From: Isurus oxyrinchus
Lineage: Eukaryota
Direction of reading: 5' to 3'
NCBI GenBank assembly: GCA_026770705.1
Contig: JANJGN010000016.1
Location: forward strand, 105,896,001-105,960,000
Length of the DNA: 64,000 nt
In this document: positions 62,680 through 64,000 of the stretch, in pieces
Layout of the letters: every line of letters begins with the position of its first letter
Position numbering within the stretch: the stretch's first letter is position 1
Position numbers and translations under genes: made by a program
The notes under the pieces: model-generated
Told to the model about the DNA's origin: nothing
Databases searched by the model: none
The model's input: the letters and a program-made list of their open reading frames with translations, nothing else

Positions 62680-64000
62680 GCAGCATTACACTGATATCTA
62701 CCCGGCTATGTGGAAAATTGCCCAGCTATGTCCTATATACAAAAAGCAGGACAAATCCAACCCAGCCAATTACTGCCCCATCAGTCTACTCTCCATCATC
62801 TGTAAAGTAATGGAAAGGGTCATCAACAGTGCTATCAAGCGGCATTTTCTTAGCAATAACATGCTCGCTGATGCTCAGTTTGGGTTCCGCCAGGGCCTCT
62901 CAGCTCCTGACCTCATTTCATCCTTGGTTCAAGCATGGACAAAAGAGCTGAATTCCAGAGATGAGGTGAGAGTGGCTGCCCTTGACATCAAGGCAGTATT
63001 TGACCAAGTGAGGCATCAAGGAGCCTTAGCAAAACTGGAGTCAATGGGAATCATGGGAAAACTCTCTGCTGGTTGGAGTCATACCAAGCACAAAGGAAGA
63101 TGGTTGTGGTTGTTGGAGGTTGATCATCTGAACTCCAGGATATCACTGCAGGAGTTCCTCATGGGGGTGTCCTCAGCCCAATTATCTTCAGCTGCTTCAT
63201 CAATAAGCTTCCTCATCATAAGGTCAGAAATGGGGATGTTCGCCGATGATTGCACAATGTTCAGCACCATTTGTGACTCCTCAGATACTGAAACAGTCCA
63301 TGTCTAAATGCAGCAAGGCCTGAACAATATCCAGGTTTGGGCTGACAAGTGGCAAGTAACATTCACGCCACTCAAGTGTCAGGCAATGGCCATCTCCAAT
63401 AAGAGAGAATCCAGCCATCGCCCCCTGATGTTCAATGGCATTACCATCACTGAATCCCCCACTATCAACATCCTGGAGGATACCATTGACCAGAAACTGA
63501 ACTGGACTAGCCATATAAATACTGTGGCTACAAGAGCAGCTCAGAGGCTAGGAATTGTGCAAAGTGTAACCTACCTCCTGACTCTCCAAAGCCTGTCCAC
63601 CACCTACAAGGCACAAGTCAGGAGTGTGATGGAATGCTCCCCACTTGCCTGGATGGGTGCAGCTCCCACAATGCTGAAGAAGCTTGATACCATCCAAGAC
63701 AAAGCAGCCCGCTTGATTGGCACCACATCCACAAACACTCACTCCCTCCACCAACGAAGCATAGTAGCAGCAGTGTGTACTATCTACAAGATGCACTGCA
63801 GGAATTCACCAAGGCTCCTTAGACAGCACCTTCCAAACTCACGACCACTACCACTTAGAAGGACATGGGCAGCAGACACATGGGAACACCACCACCTGGA
63901 AGTTCCCCTCAAACCACTCACCATCCTGACTTGGAAATATATCACTATTCCTTCACAGTCACTAGGTCAAAATCCTGGAACTCGCTTCCTAACAGCACTG
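62680..64000 (+). mobile_element. CR1/L2-group LINE, 5'-truncated RT to 3' UTR (runs off the right edge)
   Basis: WKIA...P.YKKQDKSNPANYCPISLLS, QFGFRQG, ALDIKAVFDQV and MFADD. The 3' region is colinear with 22957-23450. Confidence 0.93.

Noticed and set aside
1-64000. RGL1 or ARPC5 coding exons expected from mammalian synteny
   Set aside because: No RasGEF/RA-domain, DWGEEVEEG-like or ARPC5 peptide was seen in the ORF track or by eye, so the host gene identity remains an inference.

Overview
This is eukaryotic, repeat-dense vertebrate genomic DNA. The repeat complement (CR1, L2, RTE and Tx1/L1 LINEs, Penelope-like elements, Deu-domain SINEs, Harbinger and hAT non-autonomous transposons) looks cartilaginous-fish (shark-like); that assignment is an inference. 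The only intact protein-coding gene I can support is APOBEC4 (19665-20780, minus strand, CDS in one exon). It has a candidate non-coding first exon and a TATA/RFX X-box/forkhead promoter at about 22257-22540. In mammals APOBEC4 lies antisense within the 5' intron of RGL1, so the window may be RGL1 5'-intronic, but I found no recognisable RGL1 coding exon. Nearly all other ORF-track entries are transposon debris or compositional artefacts. The most notable non-routine signals are four. (1) A dispersed family of Penelope-derived ends carrying minimal hammerhead-ribozyme motifs, including a very young 91-bp-arm palindromic insertion with a 14-bp TSD. (2) A roughly 0.95-kb CpG-rich, GC3-biased decayed coding island of unknown origin (34880-35820). 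(3) A Tx1-like LINE nested in an older copy of its own family. (4) Spliced Myb/SANT Harbinger relics and an orphan C2H2 zinc-finger pseudogene fragment. There is no CRISPR array or prokaryotic system, and I cannot claim a clearly new biological system from sequence alone. Repeat boundaries are approximate unless TIRs or TSDs are cited.
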